Of a stretch of DNA of 64,000 nt, positions 27,401 to 38,746 are shown one piece after another. How positions within the stretch are numbered: position 1 is the first letter of the stretch; each line of letters begins with the position of its first letter. The position numbers and the translations under genes are program-made. Source of the DNA: Mytilus californianus (Eukaryota); assembly GCF_021869535.1 (NCBI RefSeq), contig NW_026262734.1, forward strand, positions 55,738,001 to 55,802,000, in the 5' to 3' direction. The notes beneath the pieces are model-generated. The model saw only the letters and a list, made by a program, of their open reading frames with translations. It was not told where the DNA came from and searched no databases.

Positions 27401-30400
27401 TCCTGACATAGGGACAGTGGTGTTACAGCACAACATTAAAACACAATATACAAATCAGCTGAAAATGGCTTAACTCATCAGTTCGATACAAAGCACAAAA
27501 ACACTAAAGAATCATACAGATCTGAGAGAACTTGTATTTACTTTTTTAATCCCCCTCCCCCACCAACAGCAAAATGTTTCCCCATTTGTTGTGTCGTATT
27601 TTTGAGGGAAAATAACTTTCCAGCATTTGGAACATTAAACAAGGTCCCATACCAAACTTCAATGTCATAGCAAATGTAGGCAACAATTATAAGAAAATCA
27701 TTTTTGTTTCTTCTTTTTTTTATTATTCAATTTTAATATAGGTATATTTGGCATTAAGAAAAAGGTCCATATAACGAAACTTTTGAGAAAATATTTGTTT
27801 CCAGAGATTAAATGTTCCAAATACAAAAGTGCAATTGTAAAAGTAAAAGAAGTGTCCCTTTTGCATTTTAGAAATTAATATTAGTTGAATAAAAATATAA
27901 AAACTTGATTTGTTTAAATAACAAAATATAAAGAACATCATCTGTTTAAATAATGATAACAATTTTTGATATCTTCAGAGTTATGCAAGAATGTTCATGA
28001 ACATGATCAAAAGTTGTTAGATAAAATGTTACCATTACTGAATCAGAGAATAAACTCCACAGGGAAGGCACTGGCAGACTGTGTACATGTTAAAGATACT
28101 ATCAGTGAATGGTTTGTATTTTACTGTTTCAACCATATCCATAAACAACAGACATCCATTATTTGTAGCAAAGGCATGCATTGCTATCTGTAAAGATAAT
28201 TAAGTCAGTAGTTTTTCCTTATCTTATATTTGTGTAGTAAATGCTGGAAGCTAATGGATAGTGGAAATTCATCTTAAAATCTAATTACCATGATTGTAGT
28301 GTGCACCAAAAGAAAAGACAAATATTTTTTTCTTTGACAATAATTACCATAATATTTCAAAATTCATGCAACGAGTCTTTTCTTCATATGTATCACAAAT
28401 CAGTGTACTTTTCAGTCATATAGATATATTACCTTCACGAGAAAAACATTTCTTGAGCATTTTTCATATTCAAATTGCCCCAGAAGATAATTTAAAAATC
28501 ACAAACGGTCTTGTTTAAAAAATTTAAAATTTATTAAAATTTGTTTGAGTTGTCTCCCATAGACTGCCAAAATTATAATATAATTATTTTGATTTTGTTG
28601 AATATTAATGTTTAGTAACATAATTAAGTTTAAGTTGTTCAGATAAGATATTATATATTGGTTTATCAGAAGAGCATATAAATAGTAAAAAACTGTAGAT
28701 CATTTTTCTGGTATTATAATCCTTGGCGTCTATTTGAGCTGTGCTAACAGTATTTCTAATTGGTATTATGAACTCATTTAGAATATAAACATGAGCTGAA
28801 AAGGTGATAGGAGTATCATGCCCTTATGGCACACTTCCTTATTGTATAGGGTATTATTGTTTGTTAGAGGGTTGACACCATTTTATTATTTCAAGGCTAG
28901 AGATAAAGGTGAAGGTCACTGAATGACAATTTGAATAGATTTCATACATACTTTCTAACATAGAACTTTTATCATGCTAAGAGAATAAACAGCTCTTCTC
29001 AAAATTTTGACAGGTTAAATTTTGAATGAATATTTACTTTTTTGCTCACCTGGCCCAAAGGGCCAAGTGAGCTTTTCTCATCACTTGGCGTCTGTCGTCC
29101 GTCGTCGTCGTCCTTTAACTTTTACAAAAATCTTCTATTTAACTACTGGGCCAAATTAAACTAAACTTGGCCTAAATCATCCTGTTGTTTTTTTGCTACG
29201 CATGATGTTTCCAAAATGGAAATTACGATGGAAAACTGCATAAATTCTGTATTTTTCATTGTTTTGTGAAAACGGTACATATTATGACCTAATTGTGACG
29301 TCATCAGATAAACATCTTTATGTTTTTCTTTTATATTTCTTGACCCTATGCATTTCCAAACATTATGTGCCAATTTAAAATATTTGTCAAACATTTTATT
29401 TTCTTGGGCCAAAAACAGGGCCTTAATGCCCCTACAACTTTTTCTTATAAATGCCACAAATCAGTGTGCTTTTAGAATATGTGTAAACATGAGGTCTTTA
29501 TAATAAAGTAAACTTTTATAAATCAAATATGAAATTCACATTGCATCCAAAATAATACACATCCCTGTTTTTCAAATTGTGCAAAATTTCTCGTTTACAC
29601 ATACAGTAAAACCTGTATAAACAGGCCGCCTATGGGACAATGATAAAGGGCCGGTTTGGACAGGGGGCCGGTTTATTCAGGTTTCTGTTTTGACTGGAAG
29701 TTAATGACTTGGATATCGGATAGTTTGCATGTAAAAGTTCTGTCTCATTGAAAATTGTAAAGTAATAAATACAAATACTGTAATAATGTATTTATTTGAA
29801 ATTGTGTCATGTTCTGTGTGAAAATATTGTGACATGAACATTACAAGTGCACTGCCTTTTCATCATTTAACTACGAACCAGATCGTATTCGTATTCAATG
29901 ACTCTAGAATTTTAAGAAATTGGTTGTCCCTTGAATTCAAAATGATAATATTTTAACCCTTTTACATATCCTGGTATGTGAAATTTGTGAAAAGGTCAGT
30001 TTAAAGAAAACCACTTATAATAAGTGAATAAGACAAAAAAAAAAAGGCACCAGGCATATCATGGGCTCATGGTGCAGCTGTTTATTAACCAATGATATTC
30101 CTAGAAGTGATTAGGATGTAAGATAAAAATGAAATATCAAACACCTTAAAAAAATTCAACTTACTCTCACAATTTACTCTAACACATGCACATTGATGAA
30201 AAAGGTAACCTACTATTTTCTATTAAAATTTATTTGAGTTGTCTCCCATAGACTCCCTAAATTTGTAATGACTTTTTGTATGTGGGTATGATAGTAACGT
30301 ATATTTTTACTAGATTGACCAGATACCATTATGATGATTATATTGGCTAGTGACCATTGCCTAAAATATTTCTAATGTTATTGGTCACTGTCTCATTGAT

Positions 30401-31160
30401 ATATGCCCCAAATATTACCTTATCATGCTTATTTTTATGAATAGAATATTCCCATGGTAAAAAAACTTGTTGTTTGAATTATGACAATATTCAATATGCT
30501 GATAAATTCATTTAAACTGAAATTAAGAGACAATCAAGAATGAATGCTGTATTAGAAAATATCTGTTTAAAGTATCCATTTCTTTCTTGTGTGTTAAAGA
30601 AATATAATAAAGAATTAGCTTACAAATTGTTATATTCTTTAGATTGTTAAGCAGCTTTTAATTATCATATTTCTTCTTCTAAAGCTTTGTTTTATTTCTT
30701 GTTAAATTACTAATTTAAAAGTATCTATAAAGAGTTGATATTAATATAAAAATAAGGAAATAAGGTATGATTGCCAAGTAGACTACTATCAACCCAAGTT
30801 CAAATAAAGTGGATGTTAGTAATTATTGGCAACCTTTTGGCCTTCAACAATGAGAAAAACCCATACCGTATAGTAGGATATAAAAGGCTCTGACATGTCA
30901 AATATGAAACAATTCAAGTGAGAAAACTAACGGCCTAATTTATTACAAAACAACAAACAAAAAACAATGAAGGCTGTATTAAGTAGAAAAAAGTACATTT
31001 ATCATGATTTTATGTAACACATCATTATTTCAGGTGGAACCAGCCAGCTCAGTATGTAGTACCTTGGGTAAAAGTAGAGGGTAACAGTTTACAGAATTGG
31101 AAGGAAAAATGGACAATATTAACTACAAAACTGAGACAAATGATGGTCAAACAACATTAA
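9366..31160 (+). CDS. HAUS5: HAUS augmin-like complex subunit 5, 17 coding exons, 662 aa
   Basis: Manual splicing of 17 GT-AG exons gives one open frame (119+63+33+182+160+82+86+165+82+155+163+81+149+106+103+133+127 = 1989 nt). Recognised HAUS5 motifs in order: LHTWALQEM, FRGPSADFWKFV..TVKKVKGNL (human LGQGADIWAYI..TVKKIRGNL), KQVRETC, WKSVEELL, FPPYKAPECILL (human LPPGKASELLL), WWNQPAQ (human WWEQPGQ). Confidence 0.93.
9582..10580. mobile_element. Apparently complete HINE-like element of a second family with about 5 tandem repeats of ~165 bp
   Basis: Terminal hairpin gtctcg..ttgac/gtcaa..cgagac; sub-terminal IR tgtctcgcctt (9587-9597) vs aaggtgagaca (10546-10556); repeats marked by agtttgtgattagg. 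Confidence 0.75.
10610..10795 (-). repeat. Truncated 3' end of the Penelope-like family
   Basis: Reverse complement of 3600-3770 (gataccaaagggacattcaaactcat...); further copies at 12705-12880, 17275-17390, 21135-21330 (-) and 31455-31625 (+). Confidence 0.7.
11015..11077 (+). CDS. HAUS5: HAUS5 exon 2 (IFRGPSADFWKFVLSRVRSA)
   Basis: ttttctatcag / gtatgt, phase 2-2. Confidence 0.92.
11500..11532 (+). CDS. HAUS5: HAUS5 exon 3, 33 nt (TVKKVKGNLG)
   Basis: ttttcag acceptor, donor GTATCCTT; conserved TVKKxxGNL motif. Confidence 0.9.
11533..12097 (+). other. U12-type (minor spliceosome) GT-AG intron, 565 nt
   Basis: 5' site GTATCCTT; branch site TTCCTTAAT at 12080-12088, 9 nt before the intron end; no polypyrimidine tract; frame preserved across the junction. 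Confidence 0.9.
12098..12279 (+). CDS. HAUS5: HAUS5 exon 4 (KRHADKSY...QEVVEA)
   Basis: open coiled-coil frame, donor gttagt, phase 2-1. Confidence 0.88.
12930..13530 (+). repeat. Interspersed repeat of the same family as 3890-4430, split by a SINE
   Basis: Colinear with 4120-4430 on both sides of the SINE. Confidence 0.75.
13195..13452 (-). mobile_element. Full-length tRNA-derived SINE with V/Meta-type central domain and 12-bp TSD
   Basis: Minus strand: box A tggccgagtgg, box B gttcgaatccc, core ggttttctccgggcactccggcttcctcc; TSD cactccatttga at 13183-13194 and 13453-13464. Confidence 0.88.
13844..14003 (+). CDS. HAUS5: HAUS5 exon 5 (TRYQTSC...LLNKA)
   Basis: cttttcag / gtatgt, phase 1-2. 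Confidence 0.9.
14442..14523 (+). CDS. HAUS5: HAUS5 exon 6 (KGSEYY...LETRQG)
   Basis: ttacag / gtatat, phase 2-0. Confidence 0.87.
15116..15201 (+). CDS. HAUS5: HAUS5 exon 7 (KQVRETCEAIGSFLQ...)
   Basis: ttacag / gtaagt, phase 0-2. Confidence 0.92.
15717..15881 (+). CDS. HAUS5: HAUS5 exon 8 (QSKKDIIWKSVEELL...)
   Basis: tttcag / gtaatt, phase 2-2. Confidence 0.92.
16439..16520 (+). CDS. HAUS5: HAUS5 exon 9 (FKYERTG...SVHQLLE)
   Basis: ttatag / gtaaat, phase 2-0. Confidence 0.9.
17501..17655 (+). CDS. HAUS5: HAUS5 exon 10 (ENQVNQIKRFVETEK...)
   Basis: tttcgtag / gtagtt, phase 0-2. Confidence 0.9.
18753..18915 (+). CDS. HAUS5: HAUS5 exon 11 (ELIECDIDL...QRIQDFKQIV)
   Basis: ttttgtag / gtaagt, phase 2-0. 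Confidence 0.92.
19686..19918 (+). mobile_element. Older, diverged copy of the same SINE
   Basis: gcctcggtggccaagtggtctaag...gttcaaatc...ttttctctgggcactcctgcttcctc. Confidence 0.8.
19972..20052 (+). CDS. HAUS5: HAUS5 exon 12 (ERKQNLIQVLARQNYNAKSRL...)
   Basis: ttttag / gtaaac, phase 0-0; matches human [21 protein letters not shown]. Confidence 0.92.
20669..20817 (+). CDS. HAUS5: HAUS5 exon 13 (IDQYINKSL...VVNE)
   Basis: ttcccag / gtaaaa, phase 0-2. Confidence 0.9.
21429..21534 (+). CDS. HAUS5: HAUS5 exon 14 (ALKTPISDISI...QFPPYK)
   Basis: cttttcag / gtaaat, phase 2-0. Confidence 0.92.
23058..25722. mobile_element. 2665-bp Tc1/pogo-type non-autonomous element with TA TSD
   Basis: TA|CAGTACGGGTAGAGACTTATTA ... 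TAATAAGTCTCTACCCGTACTG|TA; no transposase ORF recognised; interior looks composite. Confidence 0.75.
25752..25854 (+). CDS. HAUS5: HAUS5 exon 15 (APECILLHCLKMK...SQIE)
   Basis: tttttag / gtattt, phase 0-1. Confidence 0.88.
26016..27128. mobile_element. pogo/Tigger-type MITE with TA TSD, containing a nested HINE fragment (26284-26425)
   Basis: TA|CAGTAGACTCC..AATCGGATA ... TATCCGATT..GGAGTCTACTG|TA. Confidence 0.75.
27979..28111 (+). CDS. HAUS5: HAUS5 exon 16 (LCKNVHEHDQK...DTISE)
   Basis: cttcag / gtttgt, phase 1-2. Confidence 0.9.
29038..29185. mobile_element. HINE terminal fragment; further fragments at 31887-32042 and 60330-60440
   Basis: gctcacctggccc-aaa-gggccaagtgagc hairpin plus (gtc)n, same family as 7748. 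Confidence 0.75.
29604..29690. mobile_element. Short pogo-type MITE end
   Basis: TA|CAGTAAAACCTGTATAAACAGGCC with partial inverted copy ggccggtttattcaggtttctg. Confidence 0.45.
31034..31160 (+). CDS. HAUS5: HAUS5 terminal coding exon (WNQPAQYVVPW...MVKQH*)
   Basis: tttcag acceptor, completes WWNQPAQ, stop TAA at 31158-31160. Confidence 0.93.
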
Positions 31161-34100
31161 GATTACTTCTAAACTTTGTCTTGTAATGTTAATAGCAATG
31201 TTGAAAGTGAAAATTGAATAGATATTTAAAAAAATGGTTATGTCCATTTTAAGAATTCATAAATTTGATAGTAAGCTGTCTTTTTACAAGTTTGTAAAAG
31301 ATTTTTTAAGATGTAAAAAATCAGAAGGATTAAAGCAACATTATAATAAGAAAACTTAAATTATTCTTGCATGTGAATACATGATGTGGGTATATGTCAA
31401 TGAAATAGAAACCAAAGACACAAATAATCAAAAGCCAGCATATCTATTTATCCCTATAGCTAGTTTTTGGTGGGGTTCGTGTTGCTTAGTCTTTAGTGTT
31501 CTATGTTGTGTTTTGTGTACTATTGTTTGTCTGTTGGTCTTTTTCTTTTTTAGCCATGGCGTTGTCAGTTTATTATCGACTTATGAGTTTAAATGTCCCT
31601 TCGGTATCTTTTGTCTCTCTTTTATATCCCAAGTCACATGTCAGAAAGTTTGTCGACTTGTTAACATTTTGTTAATTCACTGTTATCACTGTAATCTCTG
31701 AGGAAGAAAATTGAGATATGAAATTGTTGGAAACACTAGCCAGTGTTCTATTAAAAAATATCAGTGGACGATTTTAAGTTGTGGCTCTTAATGTGCAGTA
31801 AATGCAAGTTTTTTTTGCATTATATAGATTAACAATAATGTAATATATCTTTTACTCTTGATACCATATTGAAAACAAATGACATCTTTTCAGCTCACCT
31901 AGCTTATAGAGCAAAGTTAGCTATTATCATTACTAGGCATCTCTCATCTGTTAACTTTTTCCAAATCATCTTCTCCATAACAACTGGACCAAATATAACC
32001 AAATTTGACAATAATCATCATTAGGGTATCTTGTTTAGAAATGAATTGAATTTTACTAACGTTTTGGTACATTTATAACAGAAATGATTTGACTTGAATA
32101 GAGAGTGCATATAAAATTGTGAAATTGATAAACATAAGATAATATGTATTTGAGTAAATTTGAAAATATTTGTAGACAGTCTAGTGCAAGCCGATCAATT
32201 ACACTTTTTGTATTTGGGCAAAATTATAGAAGATAAAGAGAAACTATCAACAACAACAAAAAATACCAGAAATACAGATGAACAAAAAAGAGATTTCAGT
32301 CATGTATTTATATTCTAGTCTACAATGTTTTAGAGTGGCCATTGTTGAAGATGCACATATACCTAGGTAAACTATAGACAAAAAAATCATCTTGTTTAGT
32401 TTCAATAACAGACAAACTATAATTTTTAATAATTGATAAAAATAATTGAAGATATCAAAGTTATTTTTATTTTTGTTTATCTATTAAATACAAAATATTT
32501 AGGTTCTATTAAAGCAATGGATCCCTCTCTTTTCTAAATATTTTGCATTAGTTTGAATTTTTATTTTGTAAATATTTTCAAATATTTTAACCTATTTCAC
32601 TTTTATTACTAGTATTACATATCATCAGTCGTGAAGTACCACTCATTATTTCATATCTTCAGGCGTGAAGTACCACTCATTATTACATATCTTCAGGCGT
32701 GAAGTACCACTCATTATTACATATCATGAGGTGTGAGGTATGACTCATTATTACATATCATGAAGAGTGAAGTACCACTCATTATTACATATCATGAGGT
32801 GTGAAGTACCACTCATTATAAGATATGAGGCATGAAGTACCACTCATTATTACATATCATGAGGTGTGAAGTACCACTCATTATTACATATCAGGCGTGG
32901 AGTACCACTCTTTATTACATATCCTCAGTTGTGAAGTACCACTCATTATAACACATCTTCAGACAAGAAGAACGTCAATATAACATATCTTTAAATGTGA
33001 AGTACAGCTCATTATTACATATCTTCAGACATGAATTACCACTAATTATTACATATCCTCAGTTGTGAAGTACCACCCATTATTACATATCCTCAGTTGT
33101 GAAGTATCTCTCATTATCACATATCTTCAGGCATGAAGTTTCACTCATTTTAACATATCCTCAGGTGTGATGTACCACTCATTATTACAAATCCTCAGGT
33201 GCGATGTACCACTCATTTTTACATATCTTCAGTCGTGAAGTTTCTCTCATTATTATATGTCTCAGGCGTAAAGTTTCACTCATTTTTACATATACCCAGA
33301 TGTGATGTACCACTCATTATTACGAATCCTCAGGTGTGAAGTACCACCCATTATTACATATCCTCAGTTGTGAAGTATCTCTCATTATCACATATCTTCA
33401 GTCATGAAGTTTCACTCATTTTTACATATCTTCAGGTGTGAAGTACCACTCATTATTACATATCAGGTGTGAAGTACCACTCATTATTACATATCAGGCG
33501 TGAAGTACCACTAATTATTACTCATCCTCAGTCGTGAAGTGCCACTCATATGTCATATCTTCAGGCGTGAAGTACCAATCATTATTACATATCATGAGGC
33601 ATGAAGTACAACTCATTATAACATATCATGAGGTGTGAAGTACCACTCATTATTACATATCATCAGTTAGAAGTACCACTCATTATTACTCATCCTCAGT
33701 CGTGAAGTGCCACTCATTATTTCATATCTTCATGCGTGAAGTACCAATCATCATTAAATGTCAGGCGTGAAGTACCACTCATTATTACATATCATCAGGC
33801 TTGAAGTACCACTCTTCATAACATATCCTCATGCGTGAAGTATAACCCATTATTACATATTTCCAGGCGTGAAGTACCACTCATTATTGCATATCCACAG
33901 GCGTGAAGTACCTCTCATTCGGACGTGAAGAATATTAATATAACATATCTTTAGATGAGAAGTACCGCGTAATATTACATATCTTTAGACGTGAATTACC
34001 ACTAATTATTACATATCCTCAGTTGTGAAGTATCTCTCATTATTATATATCTTCAGGCGTGAATTTTCACTCATTTTTACACATCCTCAGGTGTGATGTA

Positions 34101-34457
34101 CCACTCATTATTACAAATGCTCAGATGTGATGTACCATTCATTATTACAAATCTTCAGGCGTGAAGTACCACTCATAATTACATATCTTCAGGTGTGATG
34201 TACCAGTCATCATTATATATCCTCTGGCGTGAAGTACCACTCATTACTACAAATCCTCAGGCGTGAAGTACCACTCATAATTACATATCTTCAGTTGTGA
34301 AGTACCACTCATTTTTACATATCTTCAGTCGTGAAGTTTCTCTCATTATTATATGTCTTCAGGCGTGAAGTTTCACTCATTTTTACATATCCTCAGGTGT
34401 GATGTACCACTTATTATTACGAATCCTCAGGCGTGAAGCACCACTCATTATTAAATA

Positions 34458-35497
34458 GGCACTGGCTACGGTTACATGGAAATGTAACAATAATATAAAA
34501 ATTATTGTTACATTGAAGACTAATTGCCGGAATGCAGGGTTGGGTAAGGAATCGATTAATTACGAATGCCGTAACAATAATATTTGGGTCTACGGTTACA
34601 TTGCGTTATTGTTACATTAAAGACTGCAATGTATGATAGATTTATTAAACTTAAACCTTTTATAGTTATGTTGCTTAATTCTTCGATATGTACTAGATAA
34701 TATTAATAAAAAAATATTATTCAGCGAATAAGTATTGATTGTTTTGGTGTTGTTAAAAATCATGACTACTACAGTTTAGTTTAATATCACTATTGATGAA
34801 TACTTAATGAACCGTTCAATAGAGCATGTACTGTCATGATTGATAAGATCACAAAATATCTGGACTCTGAAAATGAAAACACTGTTTACACCAATTTCAA
34901 TCTGTCGGCAAATGTCAACATTAATTGCTTTCACAATTGACTTGTATTTAAACAACCTAACATGCTTCCCAAAAAATATTGAACGAAAATGTAAACATTG
35001 CAAGAGTAACAAAATATTTTACACCTGAAGCATGGCATTCAGACATTGAAAGTTTTTTAAACTTCATAAAGGGAAAATGCAGAATGAAATTGTACGGTAT
35101 GCAATATAGAGCGTGCACATTGCCGTATCACTGGTTTGTGATGGCTGCTTAGAGTGGTTTCACCGAAAATGCGTCGGACTAAAACATGCTCCAAAAACAA
35201 CATACTGGATTTGTAGAAACTGTCATTGTAAATAAAAAATCAAAATATTGTATGCAATATTGTAAATATCAAATAAAAGTTTTCAAGTCTTATTTTGATA
35301 CATATTCATTACTATTCCCATCGTACATTGCAGTGCGTTAATGTAACAATAACGCAATGTAACCGTAGACCCAAATATTATTGTTACATTCGTAATTAAT
35401 CAGTTCCTTACCCAACCCTGCATTCCGGCAATTAGTCTCCAATGTAACTATAATTTTTATATTATTGTTACATTTCCATGTAACCGTAGCCAGTGCC
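34458..35497 (+). mobile_element. Internally deleted Mutator-like element (MULE): ~180-bp TIRs, 9-bp TSD, degenerate PHD-finger remnant
   Basis: TSD TATTAAATA at 34449-34457 and 35498-35506; termini GGCACTGGCTACGG / CCGTAGCCAGTGCC; peptides NENVNIARVTKYFTPEAW, CTVC, CDGCLEWFHRKCVGLKHAPKTTYWICRNC*. Confidence 0.85.
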
Positions 35498-38400
35498 TAT
35501 TAAATATCCTCGGCCGTGAAGTACTACTCATTATTTTATATCCTCAGCCGTAAAGTACCATTCATTATTACATATCCTCAGAAGTGACGTATTACTCATT
35601 ATTACATATATCCAGGCGTGAAATACCACTCATTATTGCATATCCTCAGGCGTGAAGTACCTCTCATTATTACTTCTTCAGGCGTGAAGTACCACTCATT
35701 ATTACATATCCTCAGACGTGAAGTAACACTCTTTATTGCATATCATTAGAGGTGAAATACCACTCATTATTACATATCTTCAGATGTGAAATACCACTCA
35801 TTATAACATCTCTTCAGGAATAAAGTACCACTCATTGTTACTCATTTTCAGGCGTAAAGTACCTCTCATTATTACATATCTTCAGGCGTGAAGTACCACT
35901 TATTATTACATATTCTCAGTCGTGATGTACCACTCATTATTTGAATTTTCTTCAGGCGTGAAATGCCATTCATAATTACATATACCTAGGCGTGAAGCTC
36001 TCGACTCATTATTACATTTCTTCAGGCGTAAAGTACCACTAATAATTACATATCTTCAGCTGTGAAGTACCACTCATTATTACATATCCTCAGACGTGAA
36101 GTACCGCTCATTATTACATATCTTCAGGCGGAATTACCACTCATTACATATCTTCAAGTGTGAAGTACCGCTCATTATTACATATCTTCAGACGTGAAGT
36201 ACCACTCATTATTACATAGCCTCAGTTGTGAAATACCACTCATTATAACATATCTTCAGACGTGAAGATTGTCAATATAACATATCTTTAGATGTGAAGT
36301 ACCGCTCATTATTACATATCTTCAGACGTGAATTTTAACTAATTATTACATATCCTCAGTTGTGAAGTACCACGCATGGTTACATATCTTCAGTCGTTAA
36401 GTTTCTCTCATTATTATATGTCTTCAGGCGTGAAGTTTCACTCATTTTTACATATCCTCAGGTGTGATGTACCACTCATTATTACGAATCATAGGCGTGA
36501 AGTACCACTCATTATTACATATCCTCAGTTGTGAACTATCTTTCATTATGACATATCTTCAGGCGTGAAGTTTCACTAATTTTTACATATCACAAAGTGT
36601 GAGGTACTACTCATTATTACAAATCTTCAGGCTTGAAGTACAACTAATTATTACATATCTTCAGGCGTGAAGTACCACTTATTATTACATATACTCAGTC
36701 GTGATGTACCATTCATTATTACATATCATAACGCGTGATGTACAACTCATTATTACATATCATCTGGCGTGATGTACCACTCATTATTACATATCATGAG
36801 GCCTGAAGAACCACTCATTATTACATGTCATCAGGTGTGATGTACCACTCATTATTGCATATCTTCAGACGTGACGTGAAGATCCACTCATTATTACTCA
36901 TCCTCAGTCGTGAAGTGCCACTCATTATTACATATCATCAGGCGTGAAGTACCACTCATTACATTTCAACAGGCGTGAAGTACCACTCTTTATTGCATAT
37001 CATTAGGCGTGAAAAACCATTCATTATGACATATCTTCAAGTGTGAAGTACCACTCATTATAACATCTCTCAGACATGTAGTACCACTCATTGCTACACA
37101 TTTTCAGACGTGCAGTACCGCTCATTATTTCATATCTTTTGATGTGAAGTGCCACTAATTATAACATATATCCAGGCATGAAGTACCACTCATTATTGCA
37201 TATCCTCAGGCGTCAAGTACCACTCGTTATTACATATCTTCAAGTGGACGTATCACTCATTTTTACATGTTTTAGATATCTTTAAGTGTGAAGTATCACT
37301 CACTATTACATATGCGCAGCGTGAAGTACCACTGATTATTTCTTATCCTCACTCGTGAGGTACCGCTCATTATTTCATTTCTTTAGACGTAATTTATTCA
37401 TATCTTCAGGTGGAGGTATCACTCATTTTTACATATCTTCATGTGTGAAATATCATTCATTATCAAATATCCTCAGGTGTGATGTACCACTCATTATTAC
37501 AAAGCCTCAGGCGTGAAGTACCACTCATTATTTTATATCTCCAGGCGTGAAATACCACTCATTATTTTATATCTTCAGGCGTGAAATACCACTCATTACT
37601 ACATATCTTCAGGCGTGAAGTACCACTAACTATTGTATATCCACAGTCGCGAAGGACCACTCAATATTGCATATCTTCAGGCGTGAAGTACTACTCATTA
37701 TTTGACATCGTCATACGTGAAGTACCGCTCATCATTACATATCCTCAGACGTGAAGTACCACTCATCATTACATATCCTCAGACATGAAGTACCACTCAT
37801 TATTTCATATGTTCTGGCGTGAACTACCACTCAGTATTACATCTCCTCAGATGTGATCTACCACGGATTATAACGCAACCTCAGACGAGAAGTACCACTG
37901 ATTATAAAGCAACATCAGACGAGTAGTACCACTAATTATTATATATCTCAGACTTGAAGTACCACTCATTATTACTTATCTTCAGATGCGTTGTACCAGT
38001 AATTATTACTCTTCCTCAGTAGTGAAGTGCCATTCATTATTTCATATCTTCAGGCGTGAAGTACCACTCATTATTACATATCTTCAGACGTAAAGAATGT
38101 TAACATATCTTTAGATGTGAAGTACTGCGTATTATTACATATCTTCAGACGTGAATTACCGCTCATTATTACATATCCTCAGTTGTGATGTACCACTCAT
38201 TATGACATATCTTCAGTTGTGAAGTTTCTCTCGTTATTATATGTCTTCAGGCGTGAAGTTTTACTTATTTGTACATATTCTCAGGTGTGATGTACCACTC
38301 ATTATTACGAATCATCAGGCTTGAAGTACCACTCATTATTACATATCCTTAATTGTGAAGTATCTCGCATTATTACATATCTTCAGGCGTGACGTTACAC

Positions 38401-38746
38401 TCATTTTTTACATATCACCAGGTGTGATGTACCACTATTTATTACATATCTTCAGACGTAAAGAATGTCAATATAACATATCTTTAGATGTGAAGTACTG
38501 CGTATTATTACATATCTTCAGACGTGAATTACCGCTCATTATTACATATCCTCAGTTGTGATGTACCATTCATTATTACATATCTTCAGTTGTGAAGTTT
38601 TCTCTCGTTATTATATGTCTTCAGGCGTGAAGTTTTACTTATTTGTACATATTCTCAGTTGTGATGTACCACTCATTATTACGAATCATCAGGCTTGAAG
38701 TACCACTCATTATTACATATCCTTAATTGTGAAGTATCTCGCATTA

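Noticed and set aside
25752-27979. Missing exon, because this segment is about 10 aa shorter than my recollection of human HAUS5
   Set aside because: The phases already match (1-1), the region is poorly conserved, and no candidate exon was found. RNA-seq would settle it.
13882-28193. Supplied ORFs 13882, 14275, 14996, 18739, 25779 and 27966 as separate genes
   Set aside because: They are HAUS5 exons read through into flanking intron sequence.
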